Below are positions 14,212-23,771 of a stretch of DNA of 64,000 nucleotides, piece by piece. Both the position numbers and the translations under genes were made by a program. Location: contig CBDAOI010000004.1 in the NCBI GenBank assembly GCA_965198005.1, positions 2,176,001-2,240,000 of the forward strand. The letters are read 5' to 3'. The notes under the pieces were generated by a model. That model saw only the letters and a program-made list of their open reading frames with translations, was not told the DNA's origin and did no database searches. The DNA is from Spirochaetia bacterium (GTDB lineage Bacteria > Spirochaetota > Spirochaetia > SZUA-6 > Bin103). The number at the start of each line of letters is the position of its first letter. Positions within the stretch are counted from its first letter, which is position 1.

Positions 14212-15468
14212 TTAGCCTGAGCCGCCGCCCGCGGCTACCTCGGCCAGCGCGGCATCGGCGATGTCGATCGTGCGTTCGATGTCTTCCTCGGTGTGGGCGG
14301 CACTCAGAAACCAGTTGTGATAGGGATGCAGGTAGGCGCCGCGGCGGGTGGCCGCGGCACAGAATTGCTGAAACCGCATGAAGTCGTTCTCGGTGGCAAA
14401 GCGCACCTTGGGCATGCTCGGCAGTCCGGAAACGTGGAGCTGCTCACCATGGCGGGTCGCGACCTGCTGCAGCCCTTCGACCAGCCGGGTGCCGCGCTCG
14501 TGCATGAGCGTCACTGCGCCGATCTCCTTCAACCGCTGCAGGCAGGCGAGCGCCGCCGCCATCGGCCCCTGGTGCATCCAGAAGGTGCCGGTGGTGAACA
14601 CCGCGCTGGCGGCCGGCAGCAGGCCGCCGATCCCCATGCAGACCGCGATCGGGTAGCCGTTGGCGATCGCCTTCGAGAAGCAGGTCAGGTCCGCCCGGAA
14701 GCCGAACGCGCTGTGCGAGCCGTCGAGCGACGCGCGGAACCCCACCCGCACGTCGTCGCTGATGATCAGCGCACCGTATTCGTGGGCCAACGCGCCGATC
14801 CGCTGCAGAAACCCGTTCTCCGAGAACTCCGAGTCGAAGAACAGCGGATGATGGTAGGGGGTGACGATCACCGCCGCCAGATCGTGCGCATGCGCGGCCA
14901 GCAACTCCTCGGTGCCCGCGAAATCGTTCCAGGTGAAATCGTGGACGTGGGCGGTGTCCTCCGCGGTCAGGCCGGCGTGGCCCGGGGTCGACCACGGGTA
15001 GGAGCCGTGGTAGGCGCCGGCCGCCTTGAGCACCGTGCGCCGGCCGGTATGCCGGCGCGCCACCTGCAGCGCGAAGGTGGTCATGTCGGAGCCGTTCTTG
15101 CCGAACAGTGCCCAGTCCATCCGGTAGATGCGCCCGGTCAGGAACTCCGCCAGCTCCACCATCGCGGCCGTGGGATGATTGAAGCCGCTGCCGGCGCGCT
15201 CCGCGGCGCGCGCGGCCGTGTCCACCGTATCGTCGCCGTAGCCGAGAATGCAGGCACCGAACCCGCACAGGTAGTCGATGTACTCGTTGCCGTCCACGTC
15301 CCAGTAATGGGCGCCGCGGCCGCGGGCGGCGAACAGCGGATAGGAGCCGGGCGTCACCAGCCACGGCCCGCGCGTGCCGTAGATGCCGCGCGGAATCACC
15401 CGCGCCGCGCGCCGAAACAACTGGTCGCTCTGCACGGAACAACCGGTCGCCCCCACGAACCTCCGCAC
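14212..15468 (-). CDS. Class III PLP aminotransferase (GSA aminomutase-like)
   Basis: WDVDGNEYIDY, NGSD, AYHG, DDVRVGFR, FSKAIANGYP. Confidence 0.88.
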   Translation of the reverse strand: MRRFVGATGCSVQSDQLFRRAARVIPRGIYGTRGPWLVTPGSYPLFAARGRGAHYWDVDGNEYIDYLCGFGACILGYGDDTVDTAARAAERAGSGFNHPTAAMVELAEFLTGRIYRMDWALFGKNGSDMTTFALQVARRHTGRRTVLKAAGAYHGSYPWSTPGHAGLTAEDTAHVHDFTWNDFAGTEELLAAHAHDLAAVIVTPYHHPLFFDSEFSENGFLQRIGALAHEYGALIISDDVRVGFRASLDGSHSAFGFRADLTCFSKAIANGYPIAVCMGIGGLLPAASAVFTTGTFWMHQGPMAAALACLQRLKEIGAVTLMHERGTRLVEGLQQVATRHGEQLHVSGLPSMPKVRFATENDFMRFQQFCAAATRRGAYLHPYHNWFLSAAHTEEDIERTIDIADAALAEVAAGGGSG

Positions 15469-15479
15469 TCATCGCACGC

Positions 15480-16269
15480 TCACTTCGACACCGTGAGGAA
15501 CGTGTCGACGTGCTCCATGACGCGCAGAATCGGTTCCAGCAGCAGCGGGTGTCCGCGCAGGCGGATCGCCCCCGTACCGAGCGCGGTCCAGAAGTCGAGC
15601 GCGCCGGTCAGCACGCTCGCAGGCGGTCGCGGCATCCCCGAACCGCACCGTGAGGTTGGGCGGCCGCTGCTCGCCGCGCGCCACTTGCAAGCGTCCGCCG
15701 GCGCTGCTGAGCTGCACCGGCGGATAACCGTCGAGGCCGATCGACACCACCCCGTCGAGCGTGGCGGCGGCCGCGATCCGGCGCGCCGGGCCCCAGGTCT
15801 CGGTCAGCACCTGAATGGCGTAGGCGAGCACGGCCAGGCGGATCGCCATCGCCGGCGCAAACGCGCCGTCCGCTTCCAGTCGCTGCCGCGGCGCGGTGAG
15901 GTAGTATTGCAGCCGGCCGCTGAGGGTGCGCAGGCCCGCGATCAGACGCGGCCGCCAGCCACCGATCCAGGGCAGCGGCGGGAGCGCCTTGCCCCCTTCG
16001 AACATGCGCACCGCGGCGCGCGCGCCCGGCAGCAGCAGGCCGAGCGTGGGCAGCACGCGGCCGTGCCGGTGGGCCACGACCCGGCCGCCGGCGACCTCCA
16101 GCCGCGCTGCCGGGCCGCCGGCTACGCGGAACTGGATGGTGCTGCGCCAGTCCGCCACCAGCGCCCCGGCGGCGGCGTCGACCCGCACCACCTCCTCCAA
16201 CTGCGGCAACACCGCGTGCAGGTAGAGATGCGCCTTGATCGTTTCGGTGGTCACGGCAGCCGGCGGCAC
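15480..16269 (-). CDS. SCP2 sterol/lipid-binding-like protein with +1 frameshift near 15615
   Basis: Removing one base after ...VRFGDAATAC continues as VLTGALDFWTALGTGAIRLRGHPLLL...SK*, an SCP2-type C-terminus. Confidence 0.55.
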
Positions 16270-16414
16270 CGTAGCGCACGCACCGTGCCCGTGGCAAGCT
16301 TGGCCGCACGCTGGTACGATGCGGCGGCGGCTCGGCGGGGACCGTAGGGCGAACGCTCTCCGAGCCGATCACACCCGTGCAGCGCCTGCGTCGCGCTGCG
16401 GTACGGAGGTCAGC

Positions 16415-16909
16415 ATGCGCACCCGATTTGCCTGGTGGACGCCGGTAGCGGTGACGGCGCTGGCGGCGCTCACGGCGACCCTCTCCGGATGCGTCGTCAT
16501 CTACCCGGGCGCGCCGTCGCCGCGTTCGTTGGCGGGCTACCGCATCGAGCTCACCAACAAGGAATCAGGCGGTCCTCTGATGGAGCACGCGCCGGCCGTG
16601 ACGCTCCTGCCGATCGACGATCGGGCTGTCTATCAGTTCAAGAGCGCGACCGAGGCGTTCGATTCCGCACTCAACCAGGCCTTGCACTGGTCGTATGAGA
16701 AAGACTCGTATCGCGGAGCGACCTTTATGATCACCTTCGCGTATGACCGCCTCTCCGACCTCGAGACGACCTGCGGGCTTCGTTTTCACGGTTACCTGAG
16801 CGGGACGCATCGGTGCGAATCCGTACTGAAGGGCACCAGAACAATAACCAAAGCGATCACCCACTCCGGATGGAGCACAGGCACCTTCCGCCTTGAGCGG
16901 CTCGAGTAA
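16415..16909 (+). CDS. Hypothetical lipoprotein
   Basis: GGAGG RBS; signal peptide ending in lipobox LSGC. Confidence 0.7.
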   Translation: MRTRFAWWTPVAVTALAALTATLSGCVVIYPGAPSPRSLAGYRIELTNKESGGPLMEHAPAVTLLPIDDRAVYQFKSATEAFDSALNQALHWSYEKDSYRGATFMITFAYDRLSDLETTCGLRFHGYLSGTHRCESVLKGTRTITKAITHSGWSTGTFRLERLE

Positions 16910-18546
16910 TGAGCGCCCAAGGGGCACCGCCGGCGACTTCGCAACACCTGCTTCCGCCACCAGAGCCTGGAGTACGTGCAGGCGCCGGCACCGTGACCGG
17001 TGGCGCGGTCGGGCCAACGCACGCTCTGTCGAGTCTCGCAGCCTTGGGGCTGCTCGTGACGGGTACGCTGTGCCTGCTCGCGGCGGTCGGCTGCTCGGTC
17101 GGGGGGTTCCCCGACAAACCGTCGCCCACTCCCCTGGCCACGGTGACGCCATCCGATCCGACGCCGCCCGAGCCGGTGGCTCCCGTCGAGCCGTCCGACA
17201 CGCCCGCCACGCCGCCGGACGCGCCGGTTACTCCGGCCCCGGTCACTCCCGACCCGCCGATCGACCATGGCAATACGGCCGATACCGCAACCCTCATCCA
17301 GCCGGAGTCCCCGATCACCGGGCGGCTCGAAAGCGCGGACGACGTCGATTACTTCAAGCTCGAAGTGAGCTCCTCGAGCCTCGTGGTTGCAGCAGCCGAC
17401 TACGGCAAGATTTCGGACTACTTGTACCCCGACTACGGGAACGTCGTCGTCCGGATCGAAACCAGCGACTACCGGTCGGACAACGATGACCACTTTGACG
17501 CGGCGAGAGTGACCCTGTTCTCACCCCCGCCGCCGGCGTCTCCCAAAACACTCTACGTCAAGGTCACCAGCGCGCAGGGGGCAACCCGGTACGATCTTGC
17601 CGTCTGGTTGGCCGACCTCGCTGTTCCGAGCCACGCGGATGGACCCTTCCGGATCGACCTGTGGTTCCTCAGCCCGGAGCCGACCGCGGCGCAAAAGAAG
17701 ATCTTCGAGGAAGCCGTGCAGGTCTGGGAACGCGTCATCTCCGCGGGGGTGCGCGACTACTTCATGTCGAGGTCCTACTGGCGCTGCGACGACGACGATC
17801 CGTCCCCGTTCGGCCGGTACGTCGACGATCTGCTGATCTACGTCCGGATCGAGAGCATCGACGGTCGCGGCGGAACGGTGGCGCAGGCGGGGCCTTGCTG
17901 GGTGCGGGGGGCCGACGGCCTGCCGTTCGTGGGGAGCATGATCTTCGACAGCGCGGACTTGGCGAGACTGCAAGCTGACGGCCGGCTCCGCTCCATCGTC
18001 ACGCACGAAGCGGCCCACGTTCTCGGGTTCGGCGTGCGCTGGGACAACGTGCTCGGCGCCGACCTGCTTCCGCTGCTGCGAGAGCCGTCCATCGTCGATG
18101 ACATGCAAGTGCCGGGACGGGACACCTGGTTCGCCGGGCCGGACGCGATTGACGCGTTCGACGACGTCGGGGGCGCCGCGTACGCCGGGAACAAGGTGCC
18201 GGTCGAGAACGATACGGACAGGTTCGGCGCCGGCGGCCTGGACGTGCATTGGCGCGAGTCGGTATTCCGCGACGAGTTGATGACCTCCCTGGTGGGCGAG
18301 AACTTCCAACCGCTCAGCAAGGTGACCGTCGCGTCGTTCGCCGATCTCGGCTACGAGGTGGATTACTCCCATGGGGAGGACTACGCCCTTCCCGCCGCTC
18401 CATCGACCTTGTTGTCCGCGCGGATGGCAGCGCTCAGCGTCGACCGCGGCACGCATGCGTACCTGGGCGATGACGTGCGCTCGGGGCCGATCGGCGTGGC
18501 CGACGCGCCGGACGACCTGGAAGCAGTCATCGACCTGCTGCCGTGA
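16909..18546 (+). CDS. Leishmanolysin-like (M8) zinc metallopeptidase lipoprotein with PPC-like domain
   Basis: AVGC lipobox, Pro-rich linker, GRLESADDVDYF, HEAAHVLGF, HWRE, Met-turn ELMT. Confidence 0.8.
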   Translation: MSAQGAPPATSQHLLPPPEPGVRAGAGTVTGGAVGPTHALSSLAALGLLVTGTLCLLAAVGCSVGGFPDKPSPTPLATVTPSDPTPPEPVAPVEPSDTPATPPDAPVTPAPVTPDPPIDHGNTADTATLIQPESPITGRLESADDVDYFKLEVSSSSLVVAAADYGKISDYLYPDYGNVVVRIETSDYRSDNDDHFDAARVTLFSPPPPASPKTLYVKVTSAQGATRYDLAVWLADLAVPSHADGPFRIDLWFLSPEPTAAQKKIFEEAVQVWERVISAGVRDYFMSRSYWRCDDDDPSPFGRYVDDLLIYVRIESIDGRGGTVAQAGPCWVRGADGLPFVGSMIFDSADLARLQADGRLRSIVTHEAAHVLGFGVRWDNVLGADLLPLLREPSIVDDMQVPGRDTWFAGPDAIDAFDDVGGAAYAGNKVPVENDTDRFGAGGLDVHWRESVFRDELMTSLVGENFQPLSKVTVASFADLGYEVDYSHGEDYALPAAPSTLLSARMAALSVDRGTHAYLGDDVRSGPIGVADAPDDLEAVIDLLP

Positions 18547-18592
18547 GGAGAAGGTGCGCCCCCCTCGGGCCGGCATGTGCTACCATACCTGC

Positions 18593-19696
18593 GTGCCAAG
18601 ACTCGTAAGTGTCGAAGTTAACGGTTTCCGGTCCATTAAGGAAGCGAAGCTGGATCTCAGCCCGATCAACATTTGTGTTGGATCCAATGGAGCCGGAAAG
18701 AGCAATCTTATCGCCTTCTTCAAGTTGCTGAACGAGCTCATGGGCGGCCGCCTGCAGCACTATGTCGCTACCACTGGACGGGCGGCTGCCAATCTCTATT
18801 TCGGCCCGAAAATGACACCACAGCTTGAAGCGAAACTCAAATTCGAAGCCGATCAGGGCACGAACACTTACCATATGAGATTGTTCCACGCTGCCGGCGA
18901 TTTGCTCGTATTCGCAGAGGAAAGCCTCTCATTCCAGGCTCTCGATCGCGACTTTCCTCAACATGTATCTTTGGGAACAGGACATCAGGAGGCTCTAGTA
19001 AGAGAATTCGTCGAAGGAGAGCCGCTTCTGAATACTCTGAGGAACTTCCTGAATCACTGCCGCGTCTACCACTTCCATGACACTTCGCCGACTGCACGGA
19101 TTCACCAGCATTGTTTTGTCGAAGACAACCGCTGGTTGATGTCGGATGCCGGGAATCTCGCGGCGATCCTCTACCGAATGAAATCCGAGAGTAATGCAAC
19201 ATATCGTCGGATCGTGAGAAACATACGGCAGGTGGCGCCGTTCTTCCTAGACTTCGACCTCGAGCCGGCCGGTCCGCACAAGAAGGAGCTGCTCCTCAAC
19301 TGGCGTCACCGCGATTCGGATCTCCTGTTCGGCCCGCATCAGCTATCTGATGGAACGCTGCGTGCAATGTGCCTGATTACGCTGTTGCAGCAGCCGGGGG
19401 ATGACTTGCCCTACTTGGTCGTAGTCGATGAACCGGAGCTCGGATTGCATCCGCAAGCTCTCAATTTGATTGCATCACTGTTTCAGGCCGTAAGCGAGAA
19501 CTTGCAGATTCTCGTGAGTACGCAATCCAGCACGTTTGTAGATTGCTTCGATCCAGGGGACCTTATCGTCGTCGAACGAGAACAAGGCTCCACGACCTTC
19601 AAACGACCAGAGCCGGCAATGCTCGAAGCGTGGCTAGATGAGTACTCACTCGGTGAACTCTGGGAGAAGAACGTCATCGGCGGGGGACCGCATTAG
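18593..19696 (+). CDS. ABC-type (COG4637-like) ATPase, orphan
   Basis: GSNGAGKS, LSDGTLR, VVDEPELGLHP, STQS, LGELWEKNVIGG; AT-richer than its flanks. Confidence 0.88.
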   Translation: MPRLVSVEVNGFRSIKEAKLDLSPINICVGSNGAGKSNLIAFFKLLNELMGGRLQHYVATTGRAAANLYFGPKMTPQLEAKLKFEADQGTNTYHMRLFHAAGDLLVFAEESLSFQALDRDFPQHVSLGTGHQEALVREFVEGEPLLNTLRNFLNHCRVYHFHDTSPTARIHQHCFVEDNRWLMSDAGNLAAILYRMKSESNATYRRIVRNIRQVAPFFLDFDLEPAGPHKKELLLNWRHRDSDLLFGPHQLSDGTLRAMCLITLLQQPGDDLPYLVVVDEPELGLHPQALNLIASLFQAVSENLQILVSTQSSTFVDCFDPGDLIVVEREQGSTTFKRPEPAMLEAWLDEYSLGELWEKNVIGGGPH

Positions 19697-19727
19697 TGGC
19701 TCCCAATAAACAGACTTCGCAACTGCT

Positions 19728-22281
19728 TCACGTCTTCATCCGCGTGTCGGCGGGATCGAACGTCGTCAGGCCGGACGCGACGGTCACCGGAAAGCGCTCG
19801 TTCATGTACAGCACCTGCAGCTCGGTGGCGGGCACGGCGTGCTCGGGCGGCAGGTAGGCGAACAGCAGGTACCGGCCCACCGACGGCCCCATGCCGGCGG
19901 AAGTGACGCGCGACTCGCGACCGTGGCGGTCGACGATGCGCGCGCCGTCGGCGGTCAGGATCGGCTCGTTGCCGCCGGTGGGGAAGCGGGGGATGCCGGC
20001 CGCGCCGACGTGGTCGTCCATGGTCAGGGCGCACATCTGCGCCGCGGGGGCGGCGGCGCGCGCCTCGAGGTAGGCCGCCTTGCCGATGAAGTCCGCCGCG
20101 CTTCACCCGCGGCCGCGCCAGACCGGCCTCCACCGGCGAGTACTCGGCGCTGAGGTCGGAGCCCATCAGCAGGTAGCCCTTCTCCATGCGGCCGGTGGTG
20201 CCGTACACGCCGATGCCGACCGGCCGGGCGTCGAACCGGCGGCCCGCCTCCCACAGCGCGTCCCACAGGCGCACCCCATGCTGCGTGCGCGCGTAGAGTT
20301 CCCAGCCGCTGTCGCCCACGTAGGAGATGCGCAGCATGGTCACCGGCACGCCGTCGATGATCGCCTCCCGCACCGTGCCGTAGGGAAACTCCGCCTGCGA
20401 CAGGCCGGTGTCGGTGATGCCGGCCAGCAGGGCGCGCGCATCCGGCCCCCACACGCCGACGGTGCACAGCGCCGAGGACAGGTTCTCGAACTGCACCGAG
20501 CCGTCGGCCGGCAGGTGGCGGCGGAACCACACCTCGTCGCGCGCCCCGTCGAAAGCGCCGGTGACCACACGGAAGCGGTCGGCGGCCAGCCGCTGGATGG
20601 TGAGGTCGGCACGGATGCCGCCGTCCGGCGTGAGCAGCGGCGTGTAGATCGAGCTGCCCGCCGGCCGGTCGCACTTGTTGACCGTGAGCCGCTCCAGGTA
20701 GGGCACCACGCCGGGACCCGAGACGTCGAACACCTGGAACGCGCTCAGGTCGACGATCCCCACCTTCTCGCGCAGGTGCAGGTGCTCGCCGTTGATGATC
20801 GGCGACCACCAGCGCCGGTCCCACTCGTGCGGCCGGTCGGGCACGCCGTAGCGCTCCACCAAGTCGGCGTTCGACCCGTACCACTGCGGCCGCTCCCAGC
20901 CGCGCGCGTCGTAGTAGTCGGCGCCCAGGGCCTCCGTGCGGTCGTGGAACGGGGCGCGGTTCATGCCGCGTTCGGAGGCCCACTGCTCGCGCGGATGCAC
21001 GATGCCGTAGGTCTTGTTGAAGTGCTCGTCTGAGCGCGCGCGGACGTGCTGCTCGGTGCGCTCGTGGGGGTAGAAGCGGGTGATGTCGGAGGCGTGCGGA
21101 TCGCACAGCCGCGGGTAGCCGTAGGTGATCCACTCGGCGATCAGGCGCGCGGTGCCGGGCCCCTCCTTGATCCACACCGCCGCCGCCGCCCACAGCTTCT
21201 CCACCTCGGCGGTCTCGCCGAGCACCTGGTGCGTGTCCGGCGTCAGTGACAGCAGCCCGTTGACCGAGTACTGCATCTCCGACCCCGCGAGCAGCTCGCC
21301 CATGATCTCGCGTGCGTGGCCGAGCTGGGGCGCGAAGTCGTCGCCGGTGAACGGCAGCTCGGTGGGCGACCGCTCCGCCTCGGCGAGCGAGGGGATGTCG
21401 TCCGGGCGCACCAGGATCGGGCGATGGGCGTAGGAGCCCACCTCCATCGCCGTGTGGCTCTGCCGCTCGTACATGAACACGTCCACGTCACGCACGATCG
21501 GGTAGCCGATCTCGTTGCCGGTCCTGCTCAGCAGGTCGATCGGTCCCAGGTCGGCCATCTGGTGCACCGCCGCGGTGAGCGGGATGCTGGCCCCGGCCAT
21601 GGCGGCGATGCGCGGGCTCCACACGCCGCACGCGATCACCACCTGCTCGGTCGCGATGGCGCCGCGGTCGGTGACCACGGCGCGGATGCGCGGCCGGCCG
21701 AACGGGCGCGGCTCCACCTCCAGCCCGGTCACTTCGGTGTTGTCCAGCACGGTCAGCACGCCCTTGGCCAGCGCCCGCTCGCGCATGATGGTGCCCGCCT
21801 TCACCGAATCCACCACCGACACGCTCGGCGTGTAGAAGCCGCCCTTGATCACCGCGCCGTTGACGAACGGCACCCTGGCCACCACCTCGGCCGGCGTCAG
21901 CAGCTCGGTCTCGATCCCCCACGAGCGCGCCGAGGTCATGCGCCGGCGCAGCTCCTCCATGCGCTCCTCGGTGCGCGCCACCTCGACCCCGCCGCAGGTG
22001 GTGTTCACCCCCAACGCCTCGTACTGCCGCTGGCTCTCCAGCGTCAACATCGCGATCTCGCGGTTGTGATCGGTCGGAAAGATGAAGTTCGACGCGTGCC
22101 CGGTGGACCCGCCGGGATTGGGCAGCGGCCCCTTGTCGACCAGCACCAGCTCGTCCCACCCCAGCTCCGCCAAGTGCCCCACCAGGCAGTTGCCCACGAT
22201 CCCGGCGCCGATCACCACGATCCTCGCCCGCGCCGGCGCTACATTCGATCCTGATACCGTTTGTTCTTTCACGACGGCCAT
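19728..22281 (-). CDS. FAD-dependent oxidoreductase, dimethylglycine/sarcosine dehydrogenase family with GcvT domains; +1 frameshift at ~20100
   Basis: IGAGIVG, GSTGHAS, GWERP, RISYVGDSGWE, RMEKGY; deleting one base restores PRVK-AADFIGKAAYL...FDPADTRMKT*. Confidence 0.88.
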
Positions 22282-22392
22282 TGGCAAGATCCCGCAGGAT
22301 TTCGTCAAGCTTCGGAGGTCCAGGTTCAGTTCGCCCACGCAGGCCGGGGAGGCCGGCATGGCTATGGTTCCGCTGTCAGGCCGGCGCCAATA

Positions 22393-22432
22393 CTGAGGGC
22401 CGACGGGCCTTGACGGGCTTGGCGGCCCTCAG
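22393..22432. repeat. GC-rich inverted repeat/hairpin
   Basis: CTGAGGGCCG ... CGGCCCTCAG form perfect 10-bp arms. Confidence 0.7.
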
Positions 22433-22715
22433 CATTTGCCGCTCCTGCCGCTCCAGAAGAGCTTGACAGATTCCGCTCACTCTTGGTACCGTGCTGATAG
22501 CAGTACGCGGCAGCAGGTCTATGGTTCAGCGGGTTCGGGTCCATCAGGACGGTAGGGACGGGATTCGGACCCGCGACCCCTGGGTATCGCCAGGAGCACC
22601 GGTGTCTGAGGCCGGCGCAATAAACCACTCTGCCACCCTACCCTGCGGCGACTGGGGGCCGGCCGGCCGTGATTGGCTGGCGGCCCTCAGCGTTTTCCGC
22701 TCCCGTAGCTTGACA
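22420..22715 (+). repeat. Imperfect direct repeats flanking the tRNA (22420-22468 and 22678-22715)
   Basis: TGGCGGCCCTCAGC.TTT.CCGCTCC...AGCTTGACA occurs twice. Confidence 0.7.
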
Positions 22716-23683
22716 CAGGCGGCCAACGGGATGGATGCTGCGCGGCCATCCAGCGTGTTTGCCCGGATGCGTCGCTCGATCAGGTCGACGAACGTGGGGT
22801 TCAACTCTACTCCGACCCATCTTCTTCCCAGGTCCTGGGCGGCGAGCAGCGTCGTGCCGGAACCGGCATATGGGTCGAGTACCACGTCGTCCGGACGGCT
22901 GGTAATGGCTACGCATCTCCGCGCCAACCTCATCGGCATCATCGCGGGATGATCATCCATCGTACCGTTGCGCCGTTGGGGCTCCGTCGGGATCTCCCAC
23001 ATTGTCCGCAAGCGGCGCCCGTTCGGACCGCGGACGACGTCGACGTCATAGTAGTAGTCCTGACTCTTGGAAAGCAGAAAAACCGTCTCATGCGCCTTGG
23101 TGGGACGATCACGAACCGATTCCGGATGCGCGTTCGGTTTGTGCCAGATGACTTCCGACCTGAGCCACCAACCGGCATCCTGAAGCGCGAACGCGAGGCG
23201 CCAGGGAATGCCGATCAGATCCTTGGGCTTGAGTCCGTCCGGCGTCACTGGCCGAACCGACATCGCGCGTGCTCGGTTCTTTCGGTCCGGCGCGCGATAG
23301 CGACGGTTTCCCGAGGTATAGGCGTCTCCGACGTTGAGCCACACGGTGCCGTCGTCGGTGAGAACGCGCCGGATCTTTTCGAAAGTCTCCACGATGTTGT
23401 CGAGATAGTCGGTCAGTGGGTCATCGCGACCGATCTGCCGCTCGACTTCGTAGTCGCGCAGCGACCAGTACGGCGGCGAGGTCAACACCGTCCGGACACT
23501 CCCGGCGGGCAGGGCGTCCACGGCTTCACTCGCGCACCCGCACACGAGTACGGACCGATCCAACGCCACCGTGGAGGTCAGACCATGCGCGTCCAGCCGA
23601 ACGTAATGGTGGTGTCCAGGATGCCTGACGGTGCCCACCGCAGCTTGGCGCCGTGACGTTACCTTCATGGGGTCGCTCCCCAT
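22544..23683 (-). CDS. Site-specific DNA methyltransferase (N4C/N6A, beta class), orphan; start uncertain; C-terminus reads through the tRNA
   Basis: TSPPYW precedes DPYAGSGTT; PKDLIGIPWRLAFALQ; SVRDRPTKAHE; HPA. Confidence 0.88.
   Translation of the reverse strand: MGSDPMKVTSRRQAAVGTVRHPGHHHYVRLDAHGLTSTVALDRSVLVCGCASEAVDALPAGSVRTVLTSPPYWSLRDYEVERQIGRDDPLTDYLDNIVETFEKIRRVLTDDGTVWLNVGDAYTSGNRRYRAPDRKNRARAMSVRPVTPDGLKPKDLIGIPWRLAFALQDAGWWLRSEVIWHKPNAHPESVRDRPTKAHETVFLLSKSQDYYYDVDVVRGPNGRRLRTMWEIPTEPQRRNGTMDDHPAMMPMRLARRCVAITSRPDDVVLDPYAGSGTTLLAAQDLGRRWVGVELNPTFVDLIERRIRANTLDGRAASIPLAACVKLRERKTLRAASQSRPAGPQSPQGRVAEWFIAPASDTGAPGDTQGSRVRIPSLPS
22550..22642 (-). tRNA. tRNA with serine-type body and CAG anticodon (tRNA-Ser(CAG) or pseudo-tRNA)
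   Basis: Folds as GGTAGGG-TG-GCA GAGTGGTTTAT TGC-G-CCGGC CTCAGAC ACCGG-TG CTCCTGG CGATAC CCAGGGG TC-GCGGG TCCGAAT CCCGT-CCCTACC-G. Full cloverleaf, long variable arm, G73, no encoded CCA. Confidence 0.8.
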
Positions 23684-23771
23684 CGTAAACGATCGACGGC
23701 CACTTGTCCGCGCCGCTTCGGGCGCCGCGCGCGTCGTCAAGGTGTACGTCCGAGGCCTCTGAAGCCGGCGG

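Noticed and set aside
22601-22615. Reading the tRNA as Sec/opal suppressor (TCA) or Ser(AGA)
   Set aside because: Both triplets are off-centre in the loop; canonical C32-U33 places CAG at 34-36. The acceptor stem is 7 bp, unlike tRNA-Sec.
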